From Girardia tigrina (lineage: Eukaryota): a stretch of DNA of 64,000 nucleotides. A program made the position numbers and the translations under genes. This document shows positions 12,921 through 25,265 of this stretch, piece by piece (within the stretch, counting starts at the first letter, position 1; each line of letters starts with the position of its first letter). Location: assembly GCA_001938485.1 (NCBI GenBank), contig MQRK01245240.1:1-64000 (forward strand), read 5' to 3'. The notes under the pieces were generated by a model. The model ran no database searches and was not told the DNA's origin. It saw only the letters and a list, made by a program, of their open reading frames with translations.

Positions 12921-12985
12921 CATATTATTTTTATATAGCATAAACATCAAATTATAAACAAATCAACTTATTGCTGTTGTATCTC

Positions 12986-14530
12986 CGCAGAGGTTCTTTT
13001 GCTTTGGAGATCAGGGAACTCATCATCCATAACACCATTACTGAGCGGACTCACACCAGCGCCAAATCCGGCCTTCCAATCGATCAGATCTTCCGAGGTA
13101 CTCGAATTCGACTCTCGGTGCCTCATTAATTTCTCCCGCTTAGCATAGTCGAGGACACAGTCGACCGAGGCGCAGTCGTCTTTCAATAATTCTTGCCAGC
13201 GTGACTCGATCTTTCTCCGTAGGTACAGGAATAATTCATTTGAGTGAACATCAAAATCAACGTGTTGCACTGAGTTATTTTGACCGAAAAAGTAATAAAA
13301 CATGATTGCAATTCTCCGAAAGTTTCCATATGTCACTCTGCACAGTGCTGGACCTTCACGCTCAACTGCAAATCGATTATCACGTTCTCGAACAAATTCA
13401 CATAGGAGTTGTATTATATTTTTCAATTTGTTTATTGCTTTTTTTATCTCAAATGAAAACTCGCAAAAGTTTTTTTACAATTATCCTCGAATTTTGAGAC
13501 AGGATGAAATTTTGACAAACAGCATTTTGCCATATCGAATGTTGTTCTTATTATTGAAAAACAATGTTGAATAAATTCATCATTGATGGAATTTCCTTCC
13601 TTGATTAAATTCAAACTGAGATTTATCATAATGGTCCTTAAAATGTATATAATTTTATTAAAGTTTTTATCGTCGATACAAAGCATAGCACATCTCCACA
13701 AATAATCTAAACCTATTAGATTTATGTTAATAACAAAATATATTTCGGGATCTCTTTCTTGAAAATTTCCCTTTTTAACATTAATTGGTCGAAAAAATTG
13801 TTCAAATAACAATATTCCACTCAATGCCAGAAGCTTAGGATCGAGCCTCAAAATATTTTTCAAGAAAAAATCTTCTTTTTCAAATAGATTATTTTCGAAT
13901 TCCATATGACTTGAAAGCCAAATAAATTTTTATTTTTTTTGAAAAATTGTGATTAATGTTTAATCGTGACGAAATAATTCAACATCCAATGACATCCCAA
14001 AAACATTTACATATGCACACGCACCCCACACACAATAACAGATCACACCTCTACCCAATCAAAACACGTCACAAAGACATTTCGATACAACATGCACATA
14101 TTTTCCTTTGGTATTCACACACACACTGAACAGTATGTACACACACATAATCATTTCATTTTTTTTATCCAAGTGACGCACTCACACAAATTATGTACAT
14201 TCATAATATTACATAATAATCTCTCAAATGATTTTCAATCATAATTATCAAAAAAAAATATTTCCAATGTTTTCAAATCCACCGTGACTCTTTGAAAACT
14301 TTTACACAGAGATTAATAAAAACCGAATTTATTTATAATATGTGATCATTTTGTTTAACTGTTCAAAATTGAATGTGTTATTGAATATTATCGTTCGAAA
14401 TTTCTAAACGTTCTTCAAGATGGCATTGAGTTGTGCTGCTTTTAAAAACGAAACCGAGGAACAAAAAAAACCGCAAAGAATCGAAAGCGGAATTCATATG
14501 GTATTTGCATCATCACAAAACCATATGAAC
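12986..14530 (-). pseudogene. USP9X: USP9X/fat facets internal fragment, no introns seen, frameshifted
   Basis: FFLKNILRLDPKLL..LIGLDYLWR..DEFIQHCF..LCEFVRERD..HSNE matches USP9X FFESNVLQLDPSLL..LIGLDYLWR..EDFIQSCF..LREYINECD..HTND. No N-terminus or catalytic domain. Confidence 0.88.
13924..14186 (-). mobile_element. Short LTR-like insertion inside the USP9X fragment
   Basis: Begins TGTGAG, TSD CAAAT (13919-13923 / 14187-14191). Removal restores IIWLSSHMEF (cf. USP9X FKWYSKLM). Confidence 0.7.
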
Positions 14531-14765
14531 GTGATGATTTCACATATATTTATTTATATACATACTTATATATATATTTATTTATTTAATTAATTTAAAT
14601 TTTATTTAAATGATTTAATTTTATTTTTCTTTTAATTATTTAATTTTTATTTACCTTAATTAATTATTTTAATTGAATTATTTAAAATATTGATTTTTAT
14701 TTTTTAACAAATGGGTTCAAAAATGAGTCAAAATAGAATCGCAACGCGACCAATTGCATATAAAT

Positions 14766-16255
14766 TGTTATCTAAGAAAATAATAAAAAAGGATTAACAC
14801 GTGAATATTTATTTCAAATGATATTCAATCGATGATTTCTGAGAATTAAAACAAATTGATTTATTTATTTTTCATAATTCTCCACTACAGCCCACACTCG
14901 AATCTCCAGTAACAATAAAATCATCGAGATAGGCTGGTCGGCGTGTTTCCCGTCGTGGTCGCACTCTTTTAGGTTCCTGATTTCTTTCTTCTACCGACTC
15001 GCCGTCATCATCATTCCCGAACTCTAGTCTCGGTGCCAATGCTTGATCCGGTTGTCGCGGTGTAATACCCGCAACATGTCGCGGGCTACAAAAACCAGTA
15101 CAATTAATCAAAAACCTTACCGAATCTAATCGTTTCATCACCGTCATCCACTGTCGTGTACAAGGTGTACTTTGATTCGGTTTTATCCACACGAGTTGGT
15201 TTTCTACAAATTTTGACTTCTCTATGTTCTCCGTTCTAACTGTCTTTCTTAGCGATTCTTATGTAGTTAGTAGATAATTATACATCTTCAGACTTGGTGG
15301 CTGCTTATTGTCGAGAGGAATATTATTTTATCACCATACTGCTTCTAAAATGTATATATTAGAACGACACGCTATTCTCATGACCGTTCTATGATTTCGC
15401 TAAATTATACCGTTCAATTTAGTCTATTTACGGTCCGAAAAATGACTTCAATATTCCATTAGTTCATTAACCTAATAAAATCATCTGAATTGAACGAACT
15501 ATAATTATCGACTAGTAGTTTTTCAGGCGCACCGCGTTCAGAAAGTACACTTGCTATTTCCGAGATAATCGAATCCAAATTGCAAAACGTCGGACCACTA
15601 CCTGAAATTAATAAACAACAATTACTCTGTTTTACTTGATTTGGTAGTCTTGTCAACTCGTCCGCCCGATTCTTCTCGCTGTATACAAATTATATCGTCA
15701 CTTCCATTTGATATTCTTGACATAACTCTTTAATGATTGCAGTCTTCTTTTAATCAACAGTTCACTGAACGTTCTTGTAAACAAATTCCTACTATCTGCT
15801 AACACTGTGGATATCCAGGATACGACCGACTTGTTTTCCGATTTAACTATTACCCTTTTCATCCCCCATTTAATACATAAGTTTAAACATTTTACTACAG
15901 CTTCCAGTTCAACTAAACTTATATGGCGGGAGTTGTCTGTTTTTCTTAACCATGATGTATCTTCGATTGTCTGACCCTTGACCTCGACTACAACACCAAT
16001 CGCAATCGAGCTTGAGTCGCATCATAAAATTTCTTCTTCGCAGTTAAATATGAACATTTCCCCCTTGCACGGGTCGGCTTCCTCGACTATTCTCATCACC
16101 CACTTGACTTTTTCTATTACCTCTTCTCCTACTTTGTCCTCTGAGTTGCCCTCACTGAGGCGTTTCATATAAGAACAAGTCGGATGTAACCATCCCGCCA
16201 CCAGGTAGATCAAATTGAATATAAATTGCGGCGTGATAAAGACGCGATATCGGTA
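14766..16255 (-). mobile_element. Degenerate Gypsy element (RNase H, integrase, 3' LTR ~14766-14896)
   Basis: CDSSSIAIG..ELEAV RNase H; ERGAPEKLLVDN and WIKPNQSTPCTRQW are homologous to the integrase at 27468-28470. Confidence 0.85.
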
Positions 16256-16800
16256 AGTAGGGAGAAAATGAGAGTTCTGGACAAATCCCTCTCCCCGAGA
16301 GGGGGGGGGCGCGACCGTTGCCATGGCCAAGGTCGCGTTTACCATAGCAACGGTCCCGATCACCCTAGCAACGGTCGCGGTTACCATGGCAACGGCCGCG
16401 GTCCCCATAGCAACGGTTACGGTTCACTTCGTAACGGTAACCATGGTCTTAGTTATCATAGCAACGGTAACCAAGGAACATAATTTTCTATATTATATGT
16501 AAAAATTACATGTATAAAACTCCTATAGTACTTAAAACATGCATCAACATTATACATAACATCTACATAATCAGCTAAGTACCTGAGCTTAGGCATCAAC
16601 ATCAAAAGTACCTTGGTTACCGTAACCATGATACATAACCTTTTAATATTATATATAAAAACAATCGATAACACCTTAGAAACCATCACCCTTACCTTAA
16701 AAACCATGAAAAACACCTTACAAATAATCGAAAACATGTAGAAACCACCAAAATTACACAAAAAAGTGCAAAAGAATATGTTGCAAACACTTCTCACATC
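16256..16800. mobile_element. Maverick/Polinton-like terminus with 21-bp subterminal repeats
   Basis: AGTAGGGAGAAAATG start and GCAACGGTCGCGGTTACCAT repeats homologous to 40546-41018. Right extent approximate. Confidence 0.65.
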
Positions 16801-16899
16801 ATCATTTCCTGTTTAGTTGTTTTCATATATAAATTGTTTAAAGCTGAATCGAATTAATAATTGCATAAGAACTCTGACAACAAGATAAAAGTTTGAACC

Positions 16900-17290
16900 C
16901 AATATATCGGCTTTCTTAAAAAATTAAAAAAAACTGGTGAAGAAAAAGTTTTGTAAGAAAAATTATCAAACTTGGTTTTATGCTAATATGATTGAAGACG
17001 ATAACATCGATCAAGAGATAGTGATTCGATATGTGACAAAGGTAGAGGAGATCAAAAGATGCAAATGTGGATGTATGAATACGGTAAAAGGAAAAGAAAT
17101 TCTCCAATACGTAACACAAGGAAACGAAACGATTAGAAAACTGTTGAAAATAAAAGAAGAACAACAAAACCAAGGGACGAAAGAGTAAAAAGAGAAGATT
17201 GAAATCGAAATTAAAAAGTCAAAAATAATAATTTTTTGGACATGTCATGAGGAAGAACATGTGGGAAGAGCATGTCGAAAAGTTAAGTGA
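16900..17290 (+). mobile_element. gag remnant with degenerate zinc knuckle
   Basis: WTCHEEEHVGRACR. Confidence 0.5.
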
Positions 17291-17714
17291 TGTGTGATTT
17301 CAATTTTTTTAATTTTAATCAGTGATCCACAAATCATTTGTGTTTTGAAAAATTGCATAAATAAAAAATAATGATCAAACAAATGAATATGATGAATAAA
17401 AAATAATAATAAATATAATTATAAAATAAAATAAGAAAATGAATTTCATTTTAAAATTTATATTGATCGATATTATTATGGTCTCACTGTTTAAATCGAT
17501 CTTTGGTGGAAAATGAGTTATGGCAAAATGGAAAAGGCGCTTACCTTATAGTTTCAAATATTTGGAATACATGTTTCAATCTTTTCAAAAGAAACCATCG
17601 CATAAGAATAACCGGAAGGATTTATCCGGAAATATAAATAACGACTTTGTATGGTGTAATTCTTCCATATAAAACAAATTGGGTCTTCCTTTAATAAATA
17701 TTTAAAGTTAATCG

Positions 17715-20018
17715 ATGAAAATATTATATCTTCTGATAATTCATATTTTGCAAGTGGTTCTGGCTATTCCCGGCGAAAGATACTTAAAGTTCTCGCCTCA
17801 TCCGTTGATTTATTCACGAGAAAACGATTATGTGATGGAACATCATGAAATAGCCGTCGATGCGTATGTTACCCAACAAATTCTAATAAAAGTTATTCGA
17901 GAACAAATTTTTACATTCCATTGTCAAGTTGAGAAACTGGAAGACGAGTTTACTCTTAGGACAGCGGAATTGTGTTGGAAGTTAAATCTTCAAGATGAAG
18001 AAAATTGCCTAAAAGTCACGAACCAGATGCTAACAATAGAGCTCAAAAGAAACATATTTCATGTCGAGTACGATAATCGAACGGGATTCTCTATACAAAA
18101 CGTCAAGGAATATCTTCATGGATTTTATTTTTGTAGATTATCAAATTATTTCGATGTGATTGAGTCAAATTTGATTGAATTTCACAATCTTGAATTCTAC
18201 AAAACCTTGTTGAAGAATTCCTTTACTTCTCACACTGATTTTGATCCTAAAAATGCCAAAAATATTTTCGATTCTCATATGTTTAACTTTGGTTTGAAAT
18301 TAAACGATGATTATCAAGCGATTCCTCAATGGATTTCTCCGGTGATGGAGGATGTGATCAACTGGAGGATTTGTCCAGTCAATTATGATGATTTTTCTTA
18401 CAGTTGGGGAGACTGTTTCCATAACGAAAAAGTATTAAAAAGAAACGTTGATTACATTCAGTTCTCGAATTATTCCATTCATTTGTTTGATCATGTTTAT
18501 TTACTCACAGATAAGTTTGTCTTGGAAAGTTTCAATGTGGTAGAGAAAGTGCCGTTGAACAAATACCCAATTAGAGGAACCTTAAAGGATGTCAAAAGTC
18601 GTGATACTGAAATTACGATTAAATCTCCGCTTTTCAATGAATTTATTATGAGAGAAGGAAACAATCAGTTTCATCAGTATAAACTGTCCGTAGCATATAC
18701 AGGAGATTTCACGAGATACACATGGTCAAAAATGTCCTACCCACTGACCTCCGACTTTCAACAAACTGAACGATCTTTGACTTTCCCTTCATTTATTACT
18801 CGGGATCACCAAGGAGAATATTTATTACAATTACGATCATCAAAAAGTGGTAAGGTATTTGAAGTAAGATTTAAAGTTTCTGTTTTATCTTTACCGAAAG
18901 TCTCCCTTGATTATCCAATGCCCCATGTACTCTACAAACTACCGAACCAGGAAGTTGATATAAAAGTACGAGTGGAAGGAAACAATTTGATAGGAACTTT
19001 TGACATCAACAACGTTCCTATAGAATTATCGAATAAAATTACACACAAAAGAAATATGAATACATTATTGGAAAAGTATAACTATTTATCGAAATTTGAG
19101 TTCCATAACACCATGGAAAAGAAAGAAGATTACCTCGATTTGAACATAAAATTATCTAAACTAAAAATTCTTGCAGAACATCGTGGACAATATTTNNNNN
19201 NNNNNNNNNNNNNNNNNNNNNNNNNNNNNNNNNNNNNNNNNNNNNNNNNNNNNNNNNNNNNNNNNNNNNNNNNNNNNNNNNNNACTGTAGACGAAACGGA
19301 CTGCAGTACCAAATGCCGCAACGACAGGGACTACCTCTTCCAATGCAATATATTCACTGAAGAATTTCTTAAAAGAAGTTTTCAAATTGATTATGAATGG
19401 AAGGTAAATGATGAAATAGCATCTAAAGTTCCTTCTTTCAAGAAGTTTATGAATGTTACAGATGGTTCACTGATTTTGAAGGAAACAGCTAGCGATCATA
19501 TGAATCAAATGAGAATCAGTTGTAGACTCACAATTTACGCTCCAATAGTCTTTGTGAACAGAAATATATTTCTTGAAGAAATTTATGATAGTGAAAATGA
19601 TGTTCAAATAAGAAATAAGTTAAACAGGACCATCACCTTTTCTTCGTCAAAGAGAACTAAAATCACGAATGACAACGTTTCTTCCTTTGTTATAAGCTGT
19701 TCGCCAATGTTCCTAACCATCGGTGTTTGCATTACTCTTTTTATCTTGTTCTTTACTACTCCCGGAGAATCTATAAAAATTGAGACTGTGTACGTACCAT
19801 CAGAATTGGATTCCCAACAGTTCCAATTAAATGACATGAATTTCCAAAATGTTCAAGATAAAGAAGTAGAAATTCCTGGTGGGAAGTTGCGACTTTTAGA
19901 AAAAAGGAATGTCGATCGTCGAAGTCGTCCTCCGATAGCTTGTGCAGATGACGATTATGACATTAACCGCCAACTGTACTACGGGAATGAAAGGGAAATT
20001 ACGACGGAAATTGATTGA
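17715..20018 (+). CDS. Intronless type-I membrane protein with divergent Ig-like domains (767 aa)
   Basis: Signal peptide MKILYLLIIHILQVVLA; Ig motifs (TFHC..W..GFYFC, YTWSK..LTF..DHQGEY, FQC..YEWKVN..GSLIL..SC); TM segment MFLTIGVCITLFILFF; ~85-aa tail. Frame is kept across an 88-nt N run. Confidence 0.85.
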   Translation: MKILYLLIIHILQVVLAIPGERYLKFSPHPLIYSRENDYVMEHHEIAVDAYVTQQILIKVIREQIFTFHCQVEKLEDEFTLRTAELCWKLNLQDEENCLKVTNQMLTIELKRNIFHVEYDNRTGFSIQNVKEYLHGFYFCRLSNYFDVIESNLIEFHNLEFYKTLLKNSFTSHTDFDPKNAKNIFDSHMFNFGLKLNDDYQAIPQWISPVMEDVINWRICPVNYDDFSYSWGDCFHNEKVLKRNVDYIQFSNYSIHLFDHVYLLTDKFVLESFNVVEKVPLNKYPIRGTLKDVKSRDTEITIKSPLFNEFIMREGNNQFHQYKLSVAYTGDFTRYTWSKMSYPLTSDFQQTERSLTFPSFITRDHQGEYLLQLRSSKSGKVFEVRFKVSVLSLPKVSLDYPMPHVLYKLPNQEVDIKVRVEGNNLIGTFDINNVPIELSNKITHKRNMNTLLEKYNYLSKFEFHNTMEKKEDYLDLNIKLSKLKILAEHRGQYXXXXXXXXXXXXXXXXXXXXXXXXXXXXXXTVDETDCSTKCRNDRDYLFQCNIFTEEFLKRSFQIDYEWKVNDEIASKVPSFKKFMNVTDGSLILKETASDHMNQMRISCRLTIYAPIVFVNRNIFLEEIYDSENDVQIRNKLNRTITFSSSKRTKITNDNVSSFVISCSPMFLTIGVCITLFILFFTTPGESIKIETVYVPSELDSQQFQLNDMNFQNVQDKEVEIPGGKLRLLEKRNVDRRSRPPIACADDDYDINRQLYYGNEREITTEID

Positions 20019-20415
20019 AATATATTCTTTTAATAGATGATATATTTTCATATTATTTTTATTAATATCCTTAGATTTTAACGTTACGATAATAATATAA
20101 AATATATAAAGCCTTAGGCTCAGTGATACTGATGCTGTCAAATGAACATTTATATTATTTACCATAATATCTCGCGTTATAGAATTGTTTGGTCTAAACA
20201 TTTGTTCTCGACATTTACGTTAATTTCTAACTTCACCTAAGAAAAAATATGATCGAGTTTGCAATCTTAACAAGGTTGGTTGAGTAGCTTTGAAAACTTC
20301 GTTTTAAGCTATAATTTGACATTATATTTCTATTAAATACTTTTCTAGATGTATCTCAGGAAAACAAAATTTGTAAAAATTTGTAATAAAAAAAATTCTT
20401 CATTTTCATTGTCTT

Positions 20416-21021
20416 TGAGAGGATTTCGAGTAACCCGAAAAATGTTTTGAATTAAATCGAAAAAAAATTTAAATACATTTAAAAATATATAAATTAAAAT
20501 ATAAAAATTTTCCGATTAGAATAAAAAAAATTTAATATAAATAATAAAAATAAAAATTTAATAAAAACAATCTAAATTAAAAAAATGGTTATTAAAATTG
20601 ATAAAAATACTTTTGACAATCAAAAAACACTTAATAAGTTTGCAGCAAAAAATCTTTAATAAAATTTGAAATAAAATAATTTGATGACAAATTTTAAAAT
20701 GATTTTAGAAATAAAAAATAGGTTTTTAATTTAAAATAACAACTTAAATAAAGTTTGGAGTAACACATTTTTAATTAAATAATAAATTTAAAAATGCAAG
20801 ACTAATTTTTTAAATTAAATGAATCAGTAAATTATTTATCTATATATATAATTCATTATTTTAAATGTATAGATTGTTTGTGCGAGAAAAATTGAAAAAT
20901 GTTCCTCAGAAATTTATTAAAAAACTTATTTAAAAATATGTTTTTTTTTGTTGTAATTAAAAAAAGGTTTTTAAAATGTCAACTTCTGATCTTTCAACTA
21001 CAAATTACCACTAACCTAACA
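20416..21021 (+). mobile_element. Solo LTR, family 3
   Basis: TGAGAGGATTTCG...CTAACA, TSD GTCTT/GTCTG, shared GTTCCTCAGAAATT motif. Confidence 0.75.
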
Positions 21022-21879
21022 GTCTGCCTTTTGATTCATCATTCGATCCTATTTGTCACTAATTTTCATATTAAGGTTATAATTTTGTGAGCCCCACATC
21101 TAGTTAACATGATCTCTTTGGAATGGTTTTTATTAAATGAGCCTCATCTCCTGTACTCACAAGGCTCACCTAGTAAGGACAAATTCTCAGTTCAAATTAA
21201 TTTGAACAATTTGTCATACAACACGGAATTTTGAAAGAAGCTCATACTCTAATGTCATCAGGTCTGGAAAATCTCTGTACTTTTTGTGACTAATATTGAA
21301 ATTTGGATGGTTATTATTATTTAGCTTCTGTAGATACAGTTCCTCATGTAGTATCCAATTCAGGTTTAACGTAGAATTAACAAATTTTGCTTGCATTCTA
21401 AGACCTCTCTCGGCAATTTCAATTTTGCTAAGTTTTCAAATCTCTGTTCATGAAGGAATATTTGGGATAGAGTTTGTTTCATCACAATCTTCGAATTTAT
21501 AAAAATTTACTCGTCTTACTCTTCCCATTAATTGATATACTTAGTATAGATGTTGGATTTCATTAAATAATTTCATAGAACTTAAAGGATTTTTCAAATA
21601 AAAAGCATTTTTATTTGAATTCAAAGTCAAAAGATTGCTTTTAGATTCAGTAAAAAGAAATTCATTTCGTTTTTCTGTGTTTTGCGTCATCTTTGAACTC
21701 ATACCTTTTTTGTTATTTTAACATTTTAGTTGTTTACAATCCAATCGAAATCTCATGAGCACATTCAAATTTGTAAGAAAGTTTCGCATAATCAAATTTA
21801 TTGCAGTAATACCTTTTTTGCAAGGGTGTCTGTACTAAGCTAATCATTCGCGATATTTACTCCTCGCATAGCTGATGCC

Positions 21880-24760
21880 CTTTTCCATTCTTTTTATTAG
21901 CTTACTTTATATATATTTGTGTGTGCGTCCATGGAATTTAGAAAACTGTTTTTGAAGGTTTTCCACTCAATGCATCTTCTTCAAACTTTGTATACTTACT
22001 CATTCTCGATAACAATAAATGATTATGTGACAATTTGATGAAAAAAACTTTTTAATATCCCAAAATTTGAAAAAACGGAAAATTCAGAGTTCCCGAACAA
22101 TATTAATTACAAGATATCTATTTATAGGTTATAAGTAGTTTATATTGATTTTTATTGTTTTTTTAATTATTTTTTTTTTAATCTTAATTTTTTTAATTTT
22201 AAAAACTTTGTTGGCAAAGTATAGTTAAATGGATTCGCTCCAATTATATGGAGCGATGAGACCCGTTTTGCGCTCTTCAATTCCGATGGACGACAATTTG
22301 CATGGCGGCGCAGTGATGAATGATTCCATCCTGATTGTGTTCTTCCAAGTACGGCGGTGGATTCATAGTGTTTTGGAGTTACTTCACAAACAAATTTTTT
22401 GTTAAATGGATTCACTGTGGTTCCTACACCATGTCTCATTGAAAAGCGTGGCCGACAAACAAACAAACAAACCCACTTTTTAGACAAAAATTATATATAT
22501 TATTTCTTAAAATATTATAAAGTTTAATCCGCTTATTATTTATTTTAAAATTCTTATTTCAAAACTTTTATTAAAATATATTAATTGTTATGAATGTAAT
22601 GTTATTTTTATATAATTATTTAATTTTTTATGGTTTTCTTTTTAATATCCCTTTTAATTTTAAAACTTTTTATATTCTTGAAACTTTTTAAAACTTTCAA
22701 TTTTAAAAATATAATAAATTATTTTGGCGAATTATAAATTTAAACTAACTTTTCATATTTTTTATTAAGAAACCCATAAAATAAAGAATATTTATTTACA
22801 TAAAAATAAGTTTTTAAAATTTATTTAACTTATTTTGTTTACCATTTCGACGACACTTTTTTTACTACTGTGTAATCGTGATAAAAATAATTATATTTAT
22901 TAAAAATTTTAATTTAATTTTTAAGTCCTTACACAAATAATTAAAGTATTTACGTCTTTTTTAATTTAGAAAATGGAAATGAATACCAAACTTAACAGTT
23001 AATATTTTAAAAATAATGAATGATATAAAAAAGAATTACGTAAAAATAAAGTCATGAAAAAATATCCAAATTCGTTTATATTGATTATTTATGTGTCCCA
23101 AAAACCGACCAATCAAATTCACTCACTGATTTTTATAAAGTTGAATTCAGATGAAGTTATTTGAATTGGTGAGAGATCAGGTAAGATTTGCTATTAAATT
23201 TGCTTTAATGTTTTATTTGATTTACTTTTTTCTTTGTTTGTTTACATTTTATATTAAACTGTTCAAGATTTAATATAAAATGAATATCAGAACAAAGAAA
23301 TAAGATATAATTGATAACATTTACTTTCTAGAATCAAAATGGAGACCACAAATAGGAGAACCATGTTGCAGAAACGCATTTTACAACACCTTAAGAATGA
23401 TATTACTAAATGTTTTGAAAGTAATTTAATTTATATTTAATAAAATATAATTTACATCCTTGTCGCGATAAGAATATCGGGCCATCGGGGAGCAGGAGAA
23501 CAATCAGAGGATTCGTCAAATGCTTTTTCGAATATTGAAGACTGAGATTAGTACAGTTTATATATCTAAATATTATCAGCAATAAATTTATCATTATTTA
23601 TTCATTTTTTTAAATTTTGAGCTTAAAAATTTTTCAAAGATTAATAAAACATTTGTTAAGTTTTAACAGAAAGCAAAAATAGATTTAGTATACATACAAA
23701 AAACTAAAATTTTCAAATACCGTTGAATATCGAATTTCCTAGCATGTGGAATTTGTGGGTACATAGAATAATTAAAGTTTAATGAACCAGGTACAATTAT
23801 GTTAAATGCGTTAAGTTTAAAAAGAAACGCAAAGTCAATATCATGTAAGTCAGGTACAGCATACTATTCAAATGTATAATATTGCTTTTAAATATTTTTA
23901 AGACAGTTTTATTAATTATTGTAAGAGTTTTATTAAATTTCAAAAACAAACTTTTTTTGCAAACTTCCCTTTAAATTAAAGGTATTATTTACAAGATATT
24001 TTTTTAAAAATCATGACATCAAGGGTTTGTCTTCGCTCATTTTGTTTAACATTCGCCTATGGTACAATAACGTATGGTATACACATCTTACTGACAAAAT
24101 TGTAAATAGCAAAATATAAATTTTACTGCCTGAAAACTTAAAATAAATATAAACTAGAATATTTAACATGATAAAATCGACAATTAAAAAAACATAACGA
24201 TTATGTATGTTCTTTTTAATCTTTGAATTTGTAACAAATGTTAAAGGTCAAAAAATATACAAATCTACAATATTATATTTTATTTATTATCTTTAATTAG
24301 TTTTTTTCAAATGAATTTCAATAATACATTTAATGAGACTTTCAATGTTCAAATTCAAGACTTAAATAGTAAATGTAAAAATTAAAATTTTTATATCCAT
24401 TCTTTATGCTGACGGAACTCTACTTTGCCATTAAAGTTTTTAAAATTTAATAATTTAAGATTTAAAAAAATTTAATTAAAAAACATTAAAAATCAATATA
24501 AACTACTTATAATTTATAAAATGATATCTTGCAATTAATTTTGTTCGGGAATTCCGAATTTTCCGTTTTTTCCCATTTTATGATCTTAAAAAGTTTTTTC
24601 GATCAAATTTTTACATAATAATTTATTGTCATCGAGAATGAGTAAGTGTGCAAAGTTTGAAGAAAATTGATTGAAAAAGAAAATGGCGTTCAAAAATAGG
24701 TTTCTAAATTCCATGGATATATATAGAAAGTGAGTTAATAAAAAGAATGGAAAAAACGGA
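21880..24760. repeat. Diverged ~345-bp inverted repeat (21880-22225 / 24418-24760) around a ~2.2-kb spacer
   Basis: Shared blocks CCATGGAATTTAGAAA, CTTACTCATTCTCGAT, TTCCCGAACAA and GGCAAAGTA in opposite orientation. Confidence 0.85.
22228..22400 (+). mobile_element. Tc1 DDE fragment
   Basis: IIWSDETRFALFNSDGRQFAWRR..FHPDC. Confidence 0.75.
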
Positions 24761-25265
24761 TATAAATTTGAAGCACAATTTTGTGAAAACATATTTTTCA
24801 TGGTCGAAAGCAGAATGTGGATGACCGAATATGCTTTACATGTGACGAAGTTGTGATGTGTTTGTTTTTAAATGTTGTGCATTGATTTGGTATAGCGAAT
24901 CTCCTCCCCAAGGGAGTGATTAATATTTGGATTCTTATTATCTTAAAATGATTTAATTTTTTATAATAATTTTTTACATTTCAGGAAGTTATCGATATTT
25001 AAAATTTAAATTTAATCACATAAATAATAATCGTATACTAAACAAATTATATTTAGAGCTTTTTTAAAATTGAATAAGAAAATTGAAATTAATCGAATAT
25101 AATAAAAAAATACTAAGTGCAATGAAAAGATTTTAGGAATTACTCAGTTGTTGCAAAAATAATGTAGGTTTTGGATTTCTTGGTATTTACCTCAATGTTA
25201 TACGATTAAAGCATATATGATGTCATGAGTCATTCGAAAGCTTAATTTATACTCTTCTAGATTTA

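Larger units (their letters stand above)
12975..14752 (-). mobile_element. Cargo-bearing LTR-like element A
   Basis: TG..CA ends, TSD ATTGC (12970-12974 / 14753-14757), empty site at 1137-1141, both termini shared with 30169-31239. Confidence 0.88.
10433..14929. repeat. Inverted segmental duplication, copy 2
   Basis: Reverse complement of 965-4062 with a 1778-bp insertion. Confidence 0.95.
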
